From an uncultured cyanobacterium (lineage in GTDB: Bacteria > Cyanobacteriota > Cyanobacteriia > CAKZMO01), in assembly GCA_963719515.1 (NCBI GenBank), contig CAVRCJ010000018.1:1-64000 (forward strand): a stretch of DNA of 64,000 nt, in the 5' to 3' direction. Below are positions 48,533 to 59,803 of this stretch, one piece after another. The translations under genes and the position numbers were made by a program. Each line of letters opens with the position of its first letter. Position 1 is the first letter of the stretch. The notes below the pieces were generated by a model. The model ran no database searches. It had not been told where the DNA came from and saw only the letters and a list, made by a program, of their open reading frames with translations.

Positions 48533-49213
48533 TTAGGGGACGGTCAGGGCTTGACCGTTGTGGCGATCGCTCAACGTCAGTAGATAGGGCACAGCGCGCG
48601 ATCGCCATTCTGAAACCGAGTCGTAGGCAGCGGCAGACGGCCCAAAGCACCGCTCCAGCATCTCCGTGTGGATGACGCCGGGGTTGAGGGCCACGGCGGC
48701 AATTCCGGCGGGCAGCTCCTGCGCTAGCGATCGCGTCAGCCCTTCGATTGCCCATTTGGAAGCGCAGTAGGGCGCGACTTCTGGGGATGTGGAGCGTCCC
48801 CAGCCTGAGCTGAAGTTAACGATTACCCCGGCGCCTTGGTCAATCAAAGCCGGGACCAGATGACGAATGACGTTGATTGTACCCTTGACGTTGATGTCTA
48901 TGACCTGGCTCACCTCATTTACAGAGATTTGCCACAGAGGGGCAGGCTCATTGATGATGCCGGCATTGTTAAGAACGAGGTCAGGGGCACCCCGCTGAGC
49001 TACCACCTGACTCGCCCAAGCCGCAACAGCCCCGTCGTCGGTAACGTCCACTGCGGCAAAGTTCTGGCCCGGAAATGTCTGACGCAGCACGTCAATGGCG
49101 TCCGAAGAGCGGGCGCAGCCTGTGACCTGATGCCCTGCCTGAATGAATCCGTCAGCTAGGGCGCGGCCTAGGCCGCGCGAGACGCCGGTAATCAAGATGT
49201 GTTTTGGTGCCAT
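48533..49213 (-). CDS. SDR family oxidoreductase
   Basis: TGVSRGLG, NNAG, YCASK motifs. Confidence 0.92.
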   Translation of the reverse strand: MAPKHILITGVSRGLGRALADGFIQAGHQVTGCARSSDAIDVLRQTFPGQNFAAVDVTDDGAVAAWASQVVAQRGAPDLVLNNAGIINEPAPLWQISVNEVSQVIDINVKGTINVIRHLVPALIDQGAGVIVNFSSGWGRSTSPEVAPYCASKWAIEGLTRSLAQELPAGIAAVALNPGVIHTEMLERCFGPSAAAYDSVSEWRSRAVPYLLTLSDRHNGQALTVP

Positions 49214-49237
49214 TCTTATGGGGGCTCTGTACGGGCT

Positions 49238-49693
49238 CTATGCAGGTGGGGGTGGATTGACGAACCGACGGCGCGGCTCCAAAGACAAGATCAATCCTGA
49301 GATTTGTAGCAACACCCCAATCAGAGCCGCCAGCCAAGGGGTTGTGGCCGACGTCCGGAGAGCGATAGTCAGCGTTAGATACAGTAGCGGCACTGCCGTG
49401 GTCAGACCAATAAAGGGAACTGCCCAGCGGGCCCACAGCTCACCGCGCTTGAAGGGCTTAAATAGAATGACTGCCATAGCCACAGCCGTTGCCAGCCAGC
49501 CCCCTCCGGTCGCTTTCATCAACCCCAGAATCAACGTCTGGAACGCTGGCGGAACGTCTTCCCAATTCATTCCCACGGCTGAAGCGTGGTAGGGCATAAA
49601 TTCGGGCCGCAGCAGATAAATTAGGCTGAACGCCGCAAGCAGCGATAGTGTAGTCAAGTGACACCAGAAAGCCCAGGTTAGTCGCTTAGTCAT
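49238..49693 (-). CDS. Hypothetical 4-TM membrane protein
   Basis: Four hydrophobic segments; FMPYH motif. Confidence 0.7.
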   Translation of the reverse strand: MTKRLTWAFWCHLTTLSLLAAFSLIYLLRPEFMPYHASAVGMNWEDVPPAFQTLILGLMKATGGGWLATAVAMAVILFKPFKRGELWARWAVPFIGLTTAVPLLYLTLTIALRTSATTPWLAALIGVLLQISGLILSLEPRRRFVNPPPPA

Positions 49694-49838
49694 AGCTTGG
49701 ATAGTAGTGCTTAGATGCGCCTTGATTGAGAAATTAGTGCAGTGGGACCTCTCCCTTCAGTTCATCCCTAACGTCGGCGCAGCCTAATCCGCCAGCCGTA
49801 GGGTGATCAGTGGGAGAGGTGGACGGACGAGGCTTGTC

Positions 49839-50588
49839 TTACGATGCCCTCACCGAGGCAGAAACAGCCCTTAGGGCTTCAACTAACCCCCTCACCACCG
49901 CCACCATCGCCACGGGGCTGTTGAGCTGGCTGATGGCCGAGCCGACGCCAACCCCGGAGGCTCCTGCCGCGATCGCCATTGGCACCGTCACGCTGGAGAG
50001 CCCTGAGGCGCAGAGCACCGGCACCGCTACGGCGCGGGAAATAGCGTGGGCCGCTGCCAGAGTCGGGGCCGCTTTTTCAATCAGGCCTAGGGTACCGGCG
50101 TGTTGGGGGGCACTGCTGGTGCCGCCTTCGGTTTGAATCACGTCGGCTCCGGCCTGTACCAGCTGCTCTGCTAAGGTGCACTGCTGGTCGAGGGGCAGCT
50201 TGTGGGGAACCGTCACCGAGAGCATTATGTGGGGCAGGCGATCGCGGGTTTGGCGGGTGATGCGGAGCACTTCCTCCGCCCCAAACTGCCGGCCCTGGGC
50301 GTAGAAGCTATCGAAGTTACCAATCTCAACCAGGTCAGCCCCAGCGGCCACGGCGGCCACAAACTGCTCGGCCTCAACTGCTGAAACGCAAATCGGGAGG
50401 TCAGTCAGCGAACGCACGTGAGAGACAAGGCCAGCATCAGCAGCAATATCGACGAACGTAGCGCCGCCCTGGTCCGCAGCAGCGACAACGGCTGATACCC
50501 GGTCAACGTCACGATTAGCCAAGCCGCTGATAACCTTCAGGGCACGTCTGTGGCGTAGGCTAGACTCTAGGGCTGGATGAATAGTCAT
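49839..50588 (-). CDS. DUF561 / Ycf23 family protein
   Basis: LKVISGL, EIGNFDSFY, IQTEGG motifs. Confidence 0.88.
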   Translation of the reverse strand: MTIHPALESSLRHRRALKVISGLANRDVDRVSAVVAAADQGGATFVDIAADAGLVSHVRSLTDLPICVSAVEAEQFVAAVAAGADLVEIGNFDSFYAQGRQFGAEEVLRITRQTRDRLPHIMLSVTVPHKLPLDQQCTLAEQLVQAGADVIQTEGGTSSAPQHAGTLGLIEKAAPTLAAAHAISRAVAVPVLCASGLSSVTVPMAIAAGASGVGVGSAISQLNSPVAMVAVVRGLVEALRAVSASVRAS

Positions 50589-50708
50589 AAGTATTCGGCG
50601 AAAAATTAGGATGTTGTGGGTTAGCGGACACCAAAGCACGTCAGGCGGCGCCGCGCCCCAAATTCACCGTCATCCTACCACCATTGGCGATCGCAATCGC
50701 CCTTTGCG

Positions 50709-51167
50709 CTAGCGACAGGGCGGCAGAGAAACCACTTGAAACCAGTACCGCCCTAGTCGATTGAAGGTATTGACCAGCTGAGTAAGGCTGATGGGCTTGA
50801 TGATAAACGAGTTAACGCCCAGTATGTATGAATCTCGCACGTCTGACTGGCTGCAGGACATCGTCAGAATGACAACGGGAATATGCCTGAAGGCGGGATC
50901 GCTGCGCAGGGCCTTCAGAACCTCTCGTCCACCCATATCCGGCATTTTCAGGTCGAGCAAGATTAGGCCAGGGCTAGGGGAAACTTGCCGATCGCCGTAG
51001 GGATGGCGGTGGTTGAGGTAATCTAACAGCTCTTTTCCGTCTTTCACAAAGTGAACCGGATTTTTCAGCTCGCTCTTGCACAAGGCCGTGTCGATCAAGT
51101 GGCGATCGTTCTCGCTATCCTCGGCCACCAAAATAGGAATAGAGCTCTTTAGTTTTGAACTAACCAT
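50709..51167 (-). CDS. Single-domain response regulator (Rcp1-like)
   Basis: LVAED, ILLDLKMP, IIKP motifs. Confidence 0.9.
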   Translation of the reverse strand: MVSSKLKSSIPILVAEDSENDRHLIDTALCKSELKNPVHFVKDGKELLDYLNHRHPYGDRQVSPSPGLILLDLKMPDMGGREVLKALRSDPAFRHIPVVILTMSCSQSDVRDSYILGVNSFIIKPISLTQLVNTFNRLGRYWFQVVSLPPCR

Positions 51168-51636
51168 AGTGAGCAACGGCCAGCACCGTGGAATAGACGA
51201 CTCCCAATAGAGACGACGCGCCGTGGGCACGGGTGGGCAAACCCTCATGGCCGTGGGGGAGAGCCTGAACTACGGGAAGGGGGCATTGACATACACCCTG
51301 AGATAAAGCCATAACTAATCGCCTAGTTGTTAAAAACCAATAAGGTTTTCAAATAATCTTTTTATATTTGTATATTCTTTTGATTTTAGGGGAAGCGGCC
51401 TCTATCTCCAGTGGGATTGTTGTCTCAACCCAGGGAATGGCCTAACCAAATGACTAGTCTAATCAGTATAGGGGAGTGAGTTTTCCTGCGAAAATACTCA
51501 AGCCCAATGCGCTAAATTCCCCATTGAATTCCCGCAACAACAGTCTCACAGCTTCAATAGCCCTCTAGTTCGAGGAAATATCACAGTACAATCGAACTAT
51601 CAGCCACTACCATCATTGGCCAAGGAGGATTTCAAT

Positions 51637-52125
51637 ATGGTTCGATACACATTGGCTCAATGCCCCGACGTGACGCTCCCCGTTCGAGGCAAAGACTCTA
51701 AAAAGGCCCGGGACAAAGCGATGGATCAGCTGATCGAGCTGATGGATGACGGTAAACTGCCTATTGACCTTTCCGACGGATTTAGCCCCCAGGAGTTGAT
51801 TGCTGTGGATGAACAGGATACTGCGATCGCAGCATCGGCGGCGGGTGATGAGGAGGCGGTGATTCAGGCCGTTCAAATGTTGAACAATTTGGCCAACTTG
51901 AAGCTTAAGGCGCAGGAGCTGCGGGATGAAGCGCTCCAGGTGCGATCGCAAGTTGATATTTTGTTCTCTGATGATCCCATTCACCCAGAGCAAATTGCCC
52001 AGATGAAAGACGGGTTCAAAGCCCTTAAGAGCTTCGCTCAGGCAAACTTACGCTATCGAGCGGGGCGAGTGGAGGCGGAACAGGCACGGGCTATCTTGGA
52101 CGATGCCCTCAAGCCCGCAGACTAG
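51637..52125 (+). CDS. Conserved cyanobacterial hypothetical protein
   Basis: GKDSKKARDKAMDQL, coiled coil; AAGGAGG RBS. Confidence 0.75.
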   Translation: MVRYTLAQCPDVTLPVRGKDSKKARDKAMDQLIELMDDGKLPIDLSDGFSPQELIAVDEQDTAIAASAAGDEEAVIQAVQMLNNLANLKLKAQELRDEALQVRSQVDILFSDDPIHPEQIAQMKDGFKALKSFAQANLRYRAGRVEAEQARAILDDALKPAD

Positions 52126-52184
52126 CCAGCGGCTGTGGCCTGCGCTGTTGCTGAAACTGCTGAGACTCTGCTGCTGAGGACGCC

Positions 52185-53405
52185 ATGCTGCCGACTGACC
52201 TGTTGATCAACCGACTAGCTGGGGGAAGTTTGGTGCCTAAGCGTCTCCCGCTTGAGCCTCCGGTGCTGGCTATTGCCCAGGCCGTGACTGCCTGCTTTGA
52301 GGCCCACCGGGGCAAGTCTCAAGGAGCGCTCAACGCCGCTCTCCAAGAGATGGAGGGAGAAGAAACCGACTATCGGCTCAAGCGCGGATTTGTTCACCTC
52401 CTGCGAGGCCGCCACAGTACCTTTGACGTGGTCAGTCCGCTGGAGCCGCCGCTGCTCAGGCAGCGCGTATTTGCCCTCGCTGCCCAAGCGCCCCCGCTGC
52501 CTGCCGCTGCGCCCAGCACCCTGCAGCGCATTGCTGACCAGCTCGCGCAGGAGATGGGCCAAGATGTCCATCCCCAGCAGGTCCGCCAGGGACTTTACGC
52601 CGACCTCAACGAAAACCGAATCTTGACCGAATTCGAAGCCCCTACCGCAGAAGCTTTAGTCCATCTCTATAACCTGTCCCAGGTGCAGGGGGTGTTTTAC
52701 AAGGCGAGTCAGCTGACGATCACCGCCCACCGCAACGATCCCGGCGAGTATAAGCTGCTGTTTCGCTACCTAAAGCTGTTTGGTTTGATGGCCTACATCG
52801 AAGGAGACGCCGACCACGGCTTTACCATCACCATTGACGGTCCCACGAGCTTGTTTAAGCCCAGCACCCGCTACGGCCTCAGCATCGCCAAGCTGATTCC
52901 CGCCCTACTCCACGTCACAAAGTGGAGCCTCGCGGCTGACCTCCAGTGGCGCGACACCTACAGCAACACCACCCGAACCGGGTGCTTTACCCTCAACTCT
53001 ACCTGCGGTCTGGTCACCCACTATCCCCCCGGCAAGCCCTACGACAGCATGCTCGAAGAGTCCTTCGCGGACCGCTGGCGATCGCTCAAAACCCCTTGGC
53101 GTCTTGAGCGCGAGGTAGACCTGATTCCAATCCCCGGCAGCGTCATGATTCCTGACTTTCGCTTAGTCCACCCCGACGGCCGCGAGCGGCTGCTGGAGAT
53201 CGTGGGCTATTGGCGACCGGAGTACCTGCGCAAAAAATTTTCCCAGGTGCGTCAGTCGGGGCGTAGCGACCTGATTTTGGCGGTGTCTGAGCGGCTGAAC
53301 CTGGAAAAAGCCGGGGTCAAGCTGGGCCAGATTACAACCCCGATCGTTTGGTTTAAGCAAAAGCTGTCGCCCAAAGCGGTCCTGACCGTGCTGGAAACGC
53401 TCTAA
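52185..53405 (+). CDS. DUF790 family nuclease-like protein
   Basis: LYADL, IDGPTSLF, MIPDF...LEIVGYWRPEYL motifs. Confidence 0.88.
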   Translation: MLPTDLLINRLAGGSLVPKRLPLEPPVLAIAQAVTACFEAHRGKSQGALNAALQEMEGEETDYRLKRGFVHLLRGRHSTFDVVSPLEPPLLRQRVFALAAQAPPLPAAAPSTLQRIADQLAQEMGQDVHPQQVRQGLYADLNENRILTEFEAPTAEALVHLYNLSQVQGVFYKASQLTITAHRNDPGEYKLLFRYLKLFGLMAYIEGDADHGFTITIDGPTSLFKPSTRYGLSIAKLIPALLHVTKWSLAADLQWRDTYSNTTRTGCFTLNSTCGLVTHYPPGKPYDSMLEESFADRWRSLKTPWRLEREVDLIPIPGSVMIPDFRLVHPDGRERLLEIVGYWRPEYLRKKFSQVRQSGRSDLILAVSERLNLEKAGVKLGQITTPIVWFKQKLSPKAVLTVLETL

Positions 53406-53513
53406 GGGCGACAGCTCGGCGATTCAGTCCAGGCTGCACCGTCAGTCGGTCAATCAGGCGATCGCGATGCGGTATTGTGGGTAAGACTTTTTGAAACTCC
53501 CAGGGAGCACACC

Positions 53514-54242
53514 ATGGCGACCCAGCGTTCCGACGGACGGCGTTCCGACCAGCTTCGTCCTGTTTCCTTTGAGCGTCATTTCACCCAGTTTGCGCCCGGT
53601 TCTGTCTTGGCCCGTTGTGGAAACACACAGGTGCTCTGTACGGTCAGCGTTCAGCCCGGCGTTCCTCGATTTTTGGAAGGAACCGGTGAAGGATGGCTGA
53701 CGGCAGAGTACCGGATGCTACCGGGGGCCACCCCTCAGCGAAAAAGCCGCGAGCTGCTGAAGCTGTCGGGGCGCACCCAGGAAATTCAGCGCCTGATTGG
53801 CCGCAGCTTACGCTCTACGCTAGATCGGCTAGCGCTGGGAGAGTATACCCTGCTGGTGGATACCGACGTGATTCAAGCGGATGCGGGAACGCGCACCACG
53901 GCCATCACGGGGGCCTATGTCGCCCTATGCGATGCCGTGAGCCACCTGATCGAAACGGGAAAAATCGAGCGATCGCCCCTCCACCACCAGGTGGCCGCTG
54001 TTTCGGTGGGGCTGATTGAGGGCCAGCCCGTCCTCGATTTGAACTATGGCGAAGACGTGGCGGCGGATGTGGATCTCAACGTCGTGCTCAATGAGAATTT
54101 AGAGATTATAGAGGTCCAGGGGACTGCTGAAGCCGGCAGCCTGAAGCGATCGCAGTTCAACGCCATGCTGGATCAAGCTGAGGTAGGGATCAAAGCCCTA
54201 CTGGAGCAGCAGCGCCTCGCCTTAAACGCCCCAAGGCAATAG
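53514..54242 (+). CDS. rph: Ribonuclease PH
   Basis: [42 protein letters not shown] motifs. Confidence 0.95.
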   Translation: MATQRSDGRRSDQLRPVSFERHFTQFAPGSVLARCGNTQVLCTVSVQPGVPRFLEGTGEGWLTAEYRMLPGATPQRKSRELLKLSGRTQEIQRLIGRSLRSTLDRLALGEYTLLVDTDVIQADAGTRTTAITGAYVALCDAVSHLIETGKIERSPLHHQVAAVSVGLIEGQPVLDLNYGEDVAADVDLNVVLNENLEIIEVQGTAEAGSLKRSQFNAMLDQAEVGIKALLEQQRLALNAPRQ

Positions 54243-54311
54243 ACAACTTGAGCGCTTCAGCCCGCGAGGCTCACCTCAGCATTGAGACCGGCAAACCCTG
54301 CTGTAACGCCC

Positions 54312-55430
54312 ATGCCACCGACCGCTAACCACAAGCCTCGCTTGCTCCATCCCCTCATGGGGTGCGATCTCAAAACCCTCCTGCAGGTCAGCACCCGCAG
54401 CGGCGCGATCGCCCCTCAATATCTTCCTCACCTATCGCTGGCGATCGCCACTGCCTTGGCCCGTCTCCCGATTACCGTAGCCGAAAACTGGCGGCTCCGG
54501 CGTCAAACGCCAGGCTCTCTGGCCGCCCCTGCCCCCCTCTTTATCGTGGGTCACTGGCGCAGCGGCACAACCTTTCTCTATGAGCTGCTGTGTCACTCCC
54601 AACAGTTTGCCTACGTGTCTCCTTTCTCTACGGGTCTGCCGTGGGAGTTTTTGACCCTGGGCGCTTTCCTGCGCCCTCTCCTAACGCGGGCGCTTCCGGC
54701 GGATCGCTTCATTGATGGCGTCGAGGTGACCCCCGATTCTCCCCAAGAAGACGAGATTGCCCTGGCCAACATGCAGCCGCTCTCTTTCTACCACGGCCTC
54801 TATTTCCCCGCACAGCTTCAGCAGTACTTCAACCAGGGGGTCTTTTTTGAGGGCTGTACGCCTGAGCAAATTGAGGGATGGCAGCAGGCGGCGGCCCTAT
54901 TCTTTCGAAAGCTGCAGCTTGAGTCTCCAGACAAGCCCCTGCTGATCAAGAACCCGGTTTATACAGCGCGGGTGGCGATGCTGCGGCAGATGTATCCCCA
55001 GGCAAAGTTCATCCACATCTACCGCAATCCCTACGTAGTCTTCCAGTCGATGCGCAATTTCTACCGCAAGCTATTGAATCAGCTGGCGCTCCAGTCTTTC
55101 GACGCGGCCCTCACGGAGCAGACGACGGACGAGCTTACCCTACAAAGCTACCCGCGGATGATGAACGGTTTGCTGAGCGATGTGGCCGATCTGCCCCCAA
55201 ATCAATACGTTGAGCTGCGGTTTGAGGACTTTGAGCAAGACCCGGTGGCCCACATTGAGATGATTTATCAGCAGCTAGAGCTAGAGGGGTTCGATACAGC
55301 GAGCGATCGCTTCCGGCACTATCTAGAGACGCATCAAAGATACCGCAAGAATCAGTATCGCTTTCCGCCGGAAGATAACCAGCGCCTACAGGAGCGCTGG
55401 CGAGAGTTTATCGAGCGGTGGGGCTATTGA
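54312..55430 (+). CDS. Sulfotransferase family protein
   Basis: GHWRSGTT PAPS-binding motif, PQEDE, IYRNPY. Confidence 0.88.
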   Translation: MPPTANHKPRLLHPLMGCDLKTLLQVSTRSGAIAPQYLPHLSLAIATALARLPITVAENWRLRRQTPGSLAAPAPLFIVGHWRSGTTFLYELLCHSQQFAYVSPFSTGLPWEFLTLGAFLRPLLTRALPADRFIDGVEVTPDSPQEDEIALANMQPLSFYHGLYFPAQLQQYFNQGVFFEGCTPEQIEGWQQAAALFFRKLQLESPDKPLLIKNPVYTARVAMLRQMYPQAKFIHIYRNPYVVFQSMRNFYRKLLNQLALQSFDAALTEQTTDELTLQSYPRMMNGLLSDVADLPPNQYVELRFEDFEQDPVAHIEMIYQQLELEGFDTASDRFRHYLETHQRYRKNQYRFPPEDNQRLQERWREFIERWGY

Positions 55431-55477
55431 CAATGCGGAATGATAGAGAAGGGATAGCTTCAACAATCTACTGACCC

Positions 55478-55852
55478 ATGGGACTTACTCACTACGACGC
55501 CTTTATCGCGATCGCCGCCGCTGACCTCAATACGCTGGTGGCCTTTTACCAAACGCTATTGGAACAGCCCCCCCAGCCGTACCTGCCGGGGCGGTACGCC
55601 GAGTTTCGGCTGGCCGGACTGCGGCTAGGCCTGTTTAAGCCGAAAGGCGACCACGTTGACCAATTTGCCAACTCCGATGGGGCGGCCATCAGTCTATGCC
55701 TGGAGGTCAAAGATTTGGATGAGGCGATCGCCCATCTAGAGTCCACGGGACATCCCCCTGTCGATGTCGAAGTGGCTTCCCACGGGCGGGAGGCCTACGG
55801 CTACGACCCAGTAGGCAGCCGGCTGATCTTGCACGAAGCGGCTCAACGTTAG
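55478..55852 (+). CDS. VOC / glyoxalase family protein
   Basis: FY..L, LCLEV, YDPVGSRL patterns. Confidence 0.85.
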   Translation: MGLTHYDAFIAIAAADLNTLVAFYQTLLEQPPQPYLPGRYAEFRLAGLRLGLFKPKGDHVDQFANSDGAAISLCLEVKDLDEAIAHLESTGHPPVDVEVASHGREAYGYDPVGSRLILHEAAQR

Positions 55853-56147
55853 CCGTCAAGGTTAGGCTGTTTTGAAGCTGTCAAACTCTAACCGGCCCAT
55901 ACGGCTTATGCCGCGAACGGGTATGGGATATTACAGCAAATATCCTAAGGATTAGGACATTTGCGCGCCGCACTGCCGATGTGCGCGCAAGGGCGGCTAC
56001 CGCGAGGAGGCTCAAACTCGGGACTTCTACGCGCCGAGAGCTGACAAGATTATTTACTGCAAAGCGATCGCCGCTGAGGTATAGCCTGACGGCGGGTGCT
56101 GGCAGGTTGCCAATCCCCACCAGTAGGGCTGGGCGGCCCTGCGCTGA

Positions 56148-56621
56148 CTATACCCGAGGCTTCTCGAGGTACTGCTGATGATACTCCTCAGCCAGGTAAT
56201 ACTCGGAAGCAGGCTCAATCTGCGTCACCACCTCGCGATCGGCTTTTCCCATTGCTTCTAGACCCGATGACTGCAGCTGCCACTTCGAGCGGCGGGCGGC
56301 GGTGGCTTGATCTGACGTATGGTAAAAAATCACGGAGCGATACTGCTCGCCGCGATCGGCCCCTTGACGGTTGACGCTCGTCGGATCGTGAATCGACCAA
56401 AATACCCCCAGCAGCTCGCTGTAGGACACCTGGTCCGGCTCGTATTCCACCTGAACCACTTCGGCATGTCCCGTAATTCGGGCACAGACATCCAGGTACG
56501 ACGGATTGGGAAAGTGCCCTCCCATGTAGCCGACGGAGGTTGTGGTAACGCCTGAGACGCGGCGAAAAGCCGCCTCGACTCCCCAAAAGCAGCCGGCACC
56601 GAAGGTTGCTACGCAGGTCAT
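56148..56621 (-). CDS. msrA: Peptide methionine sulfoxide reductase A
   Basis: GCFWG, GHAEVV, QYRS, AEEYHQQY motifs. Confidence 0.95.
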   Translation of the reverse strand: MTCVATFGAGCFWGVEAAFRRVSGVTTTSVGYMGGHFPNPSYLDVCARITGHAEVVQVEYEPDQVSYSELLGVFWSIHDPTSVNRQGADRGEQYRSVIFYHTSDQATAARRSKWQLQSSGLEAMGKADREVVTQIEPASEYYLAEEYHQQYLEKPRV

Positions 56622-56671
56622 TAGTTACGGATCCATTTCACTCTCTTTAGCTTAAATCATTTGAGGGCTGG

Positions 56672-58420
56672 CTACTGGGGCGGGGCGATGAAACCGTCCG
56701 AGGGCTCTTCCTCATCCGAAGGGCCTAAATTAGGCGATCGCGGGGAGAGGGGTTCAGCGCCTGGGGCCGGCAGCTGGCCCGGATCGCTGAGCTGGTCGAG
56801 CAGCACCGAGATATTAAACTGCAGCGTCTGGTCGCTGGGTATCGTCGTTTTAAGGCCGATGGCCTGAATGGCCTCTGCGGCAGACTGCAGCGCGGGAGGG
56901 AAGCTGGGGAGCGGCAGGCCCCGGTCGAGGGCAGCGAGGCGTTGAGGATTGACAAAGAAGAAGCCGTTGGGGGATGACGAGTCGTCGACTGCACCTGTAA
57001 AGAGTTCGCTCTGGCCAAGAGAAGACTCTGGCGGCGGGGCCTCACTCGCCCCCACCCTGATGGATACTCTATCTTTGTTCACCCACTGGCGAGTGACCTG
57101 CAGCGCCGCTAGCGGTGACGTCCACTGCACTAGGGGAACGCCATCCACCACGTTTTGCGCAATTTGAAAGTTATGGCGACTGCGCACCGACTGGTCTAGG
57201 CGGTCCAAGGCGTCCTCTGCCGCCGAGCGATCGCTAGTTTTGAGCTGTAGCACCAGCCCCATTGGCCCGTCTACAGAGGCGGTCGGGGCCACTAGCGCCA
57301 GCGCGTATTCGTCTCCCATCCAAGGAATCAGATCCTCATCTACGCTCAATCCCGTGAGCGCATCGACCGTACCGCGAATATTGTCTGGATTGAGAAATCC
57401 GGTGGTTTGGGTCTCTTGCTGCGATCGCCACAGCCGCTGCAGATTGCCGCCCGCCATCACCAAGACCGTGTCCAGCGGCAGAAACGAAGCGACATCCTCG
57501 ACAGGACTGCCCGTGAAGGTTTGGTTGGCGTCAGGCTTTAGCCAAGTCACGCTGTCCACCTCAATACCTGTCTCCGTCAAGCTTGCCGTTGCAGCAATTC
57601 CCTGGCCGTCTTTGCGCAGGGGCACCAGCGACGGGGCTCCCTCTGTGGCGTTCGCCGCTGCCGCCGCTGTCGCAGCATCACTGTTGATATAGGCCTGCAA
57701 AAACGGCTGTACCCGAGACACGCGCTGCGCGGCCTGCCGGTATCCCGGCACATTGAGCACCGAGGTGTCGTTCTCATAGGCATCGATAATGGCCTCAACG
57801 TCGGTGCTGCTCGTCGCGATCGCTAGCATTCGCCGATCGAGCACCGTCGCCCAGTAAGACTGATCCCCCCCCTCAATCTGGTAGATTTCAAGCCCTTGAT
57901 ACTCTTGCTGCGCAGAAACGCCGGCAGACTCTAGCCGCGCCAGAGCAACCTGAGCCGTTACCGAGGGGTCAATGGGCAAAAACCAGGCCACTGGGCGGCC
58001 CTCTAGATTCATCTGATCGGGGTCAAAAGGGTTTGAGCCAGGCGACTCACTGAGGGGCCGCTCTAGTTCAGGCAGCGGGCTGGCGCCGCCAGAGGCCAAG
58101 AAAGCTACAGTGATCGCTTCACCGACCCAAGGGGCAACGTCTTGCTCATAGCTGAGGTCTAGGTCGGTCAATAGGCGATCGCGCCAGGTTGCGATATATT
58201 GATTCAGCTGGGTTTGGGTTTCGCGGGTGCCAAACCGCCGCAGCTGCTCCCACTGGGCTTCGTCGGTGGAAAACGTCAGGGTCATCAGCGCATCGGCAGG
58301 CACCGCACGACTGCCTACCGGCAGCTGAGACTGCCCTCGACGCCCCACGAACCAGTAAGCGGTTAGGCCCCCAGCGGCTAGCGCCAGCAGCATTGCCCCG
58401 ACGCCCCAGATCCATTTCAT
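56672..58420 (-). CDS. DUF3352 family protein
   Basis: N-terminal TM; DVAPWVG and DLIPWMG repeated pattern. Confidence 0.8.
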   Translation of the reverse strand: MKWIWGVGAMLLALAAGGLTAYWFVGRRGQSQLPVGSRAVPADALMTLTFSTDEAQWEQLRRFGTRETQTQLNQYIATWRDRLLTDLDLSYEQDVAPWVGEAITVAFLASGGASPLPELERPLSESPGSNPFDPDQMNLEGRPVAWFLPIDPSVTAQVALARLESAGVSAQQEYQGLEIYQIEGGDQSYWATVLDRRMLAIATSSTDVEAIIDAYENDTSVLNVPGYRQAAQRVSRVQPFLQAYINSDAATAAAAANATEGAPSLVPLRKDGQGIAATASLTETGIEVDSVTWLKPDANQTFTGSPVEDVASFLPLDTVLVMAGGNLQRLWRSQQETQTTGFLNPDNIRGTVDALTGLSVDEDLIPWMGDEYALALVAPTASVDGPMGLVLQLKTSDRSAAEDALDRLDQSVRSRHNFQIAQNVVDGVPLVQWTSPLAALQVTRQWVNKDRVSIRVGASEAPPPESSLGQSELFTGAVDDSSSPNGFFFVNPQRLAALDRGLPLPSFPPALQSAAEAIQAIGLKTTIPSDQTLQFNISVLLDQLSDPGQLPAPGAEPLSPRSPNLGPSDEEEPSDGFIAPPQ

Positions 58421-58477
58421 CTGTCGTGCCACAGCACACCGTTCCCTAAGCACTACCCTTGAATTCTGCCAGATTAT

Positions 58478-59792
58478 AGAAGTTGCCGTAAAACCCATCC
58501 GCTTTAGCGGTGGGATATAAGGCGGTGAGCGTTAGCGAATATGTCCACACTTTACACGGCGAGTGTTAGACTGTAAGTATGGTTCAAAAGGCTTACCGCT
58601 ATCGCTTCTATCCTACTGCTGAGCAAGAAAACCTCTTGCGCCGGACGATGGGGTGTACTCGCCTGGTCTACAACCGCGCTTTAGCGGCAAGGACTGAGGC
58701 TTGGTACCAGAAGCAAGAGCGCGTCGGCTACGCTCAAACCTCGTCGATGCTGACGCAGTGGAAAAAAGAGGAGGGCCTTGAATTTCTTACTGAGGTTAGC
58801 TCGGTTCCCCTTCAGCAGGGGCTAAGACATCTGCAGACCGCCTTCACTAACTTCTTCGCCGGTCGGGCCAACTATCCCAGCTTCAAGAAAAAGCGCAACG
58901 GCGGTAGCGCAGAGTTTACCAAGTCGGCGTTCAAGTTTAGAGGGCGGTCAGGTGTACTTGGCCAAGTGCTCTAAAGCTCTGCCTATTCGATGGTCTCGTC
59001 AGCTTCCGGAAGATGCCGCACCATCGACTATCACGGTGAAGCTGACGCCTGCAGGCCGGTGGTTTGTGTCGCTGTTGGTGGAGGTAGAGATTGAGCCACT
59101 GCCGGTATCTCCTAACAAAGTTGGCCTGGACTTGGGCATCACCAGTCTGGTCACGCTGAGCACGGGCGAGAAGGTGGCCAACCCCAAAGGCTTCCGGGCT
59201 AAGTACCGCAAGCTACGAAAAGCTCAAAAGGCGCTCAGCCGCAAGCAAAAGGGGTCGAACAACCGGTACAAAGCGCGGCTCAGGGTGGCTAGAGTCCACG
59301 CCGAGATAGCCAATGCCCGCAAAGACCTGCTTCACAAGCTGACAACCCGGCTGGTGCGCGAAAACCAAGCGATCGCCGTTGAAGACTTGGCAGCGGGGAA
59401 TATGGTCCGTAATCACGCTTTGGCGCGCGCCATCAGTGATGCGAGCTGGGGAGAACTGGTGCGGCAGCTTACCTACAAGTGCGAATGGTACGGGCGGGAG
59501 CTTGTCAAGATAGACCGATGGTTCCCTAGCTCTAAGCGCTGTGGCAGCTGCGGTCACGTTGTAGATAAGCTGCCGCTGAATGTTCGAGAGTGGCAGTGCC
59601 CTGCGTGCGACGTGAAGCACGATAGGGACGTAAACGCTGCTGTAAACGTATTGGCCGCTGGTCTAGCGGTGTCAGTCTGTGGAGCGACTGTAAGACCTGA
59701 GGAGAGCAAATCTCGGAAGGCAGGTGCTACGAAGCAGAAAAGTCTTGGAGCAATCCAAGAATCCCACGCGCTTTAGCCGTGGGAGTAGTCAA
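58478..59792 (+). mobile_element. IS200/IS605-family tnpB-only element
   Basis: Subterminal hairpins CCCATCCGCTTTAGCGGTGGG (left) and CCCACGCGCTTTAGCCGTGGG (right); follows TTAT and ends TCAA. Confidence 0.88.
58579..59776 (+). pseudogene. tnpB: TnpB with +1 frameshift near 58942
   Basis: Two overlapping ORFs (AYRYRFYP...; GLDLG, VEDL, DRDVNAA) joined by removing one base at AGAGGGCGGT. Confidence 0.88.
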
Positions 59793-59803
59793 TCTGCCAA
59801 ACT

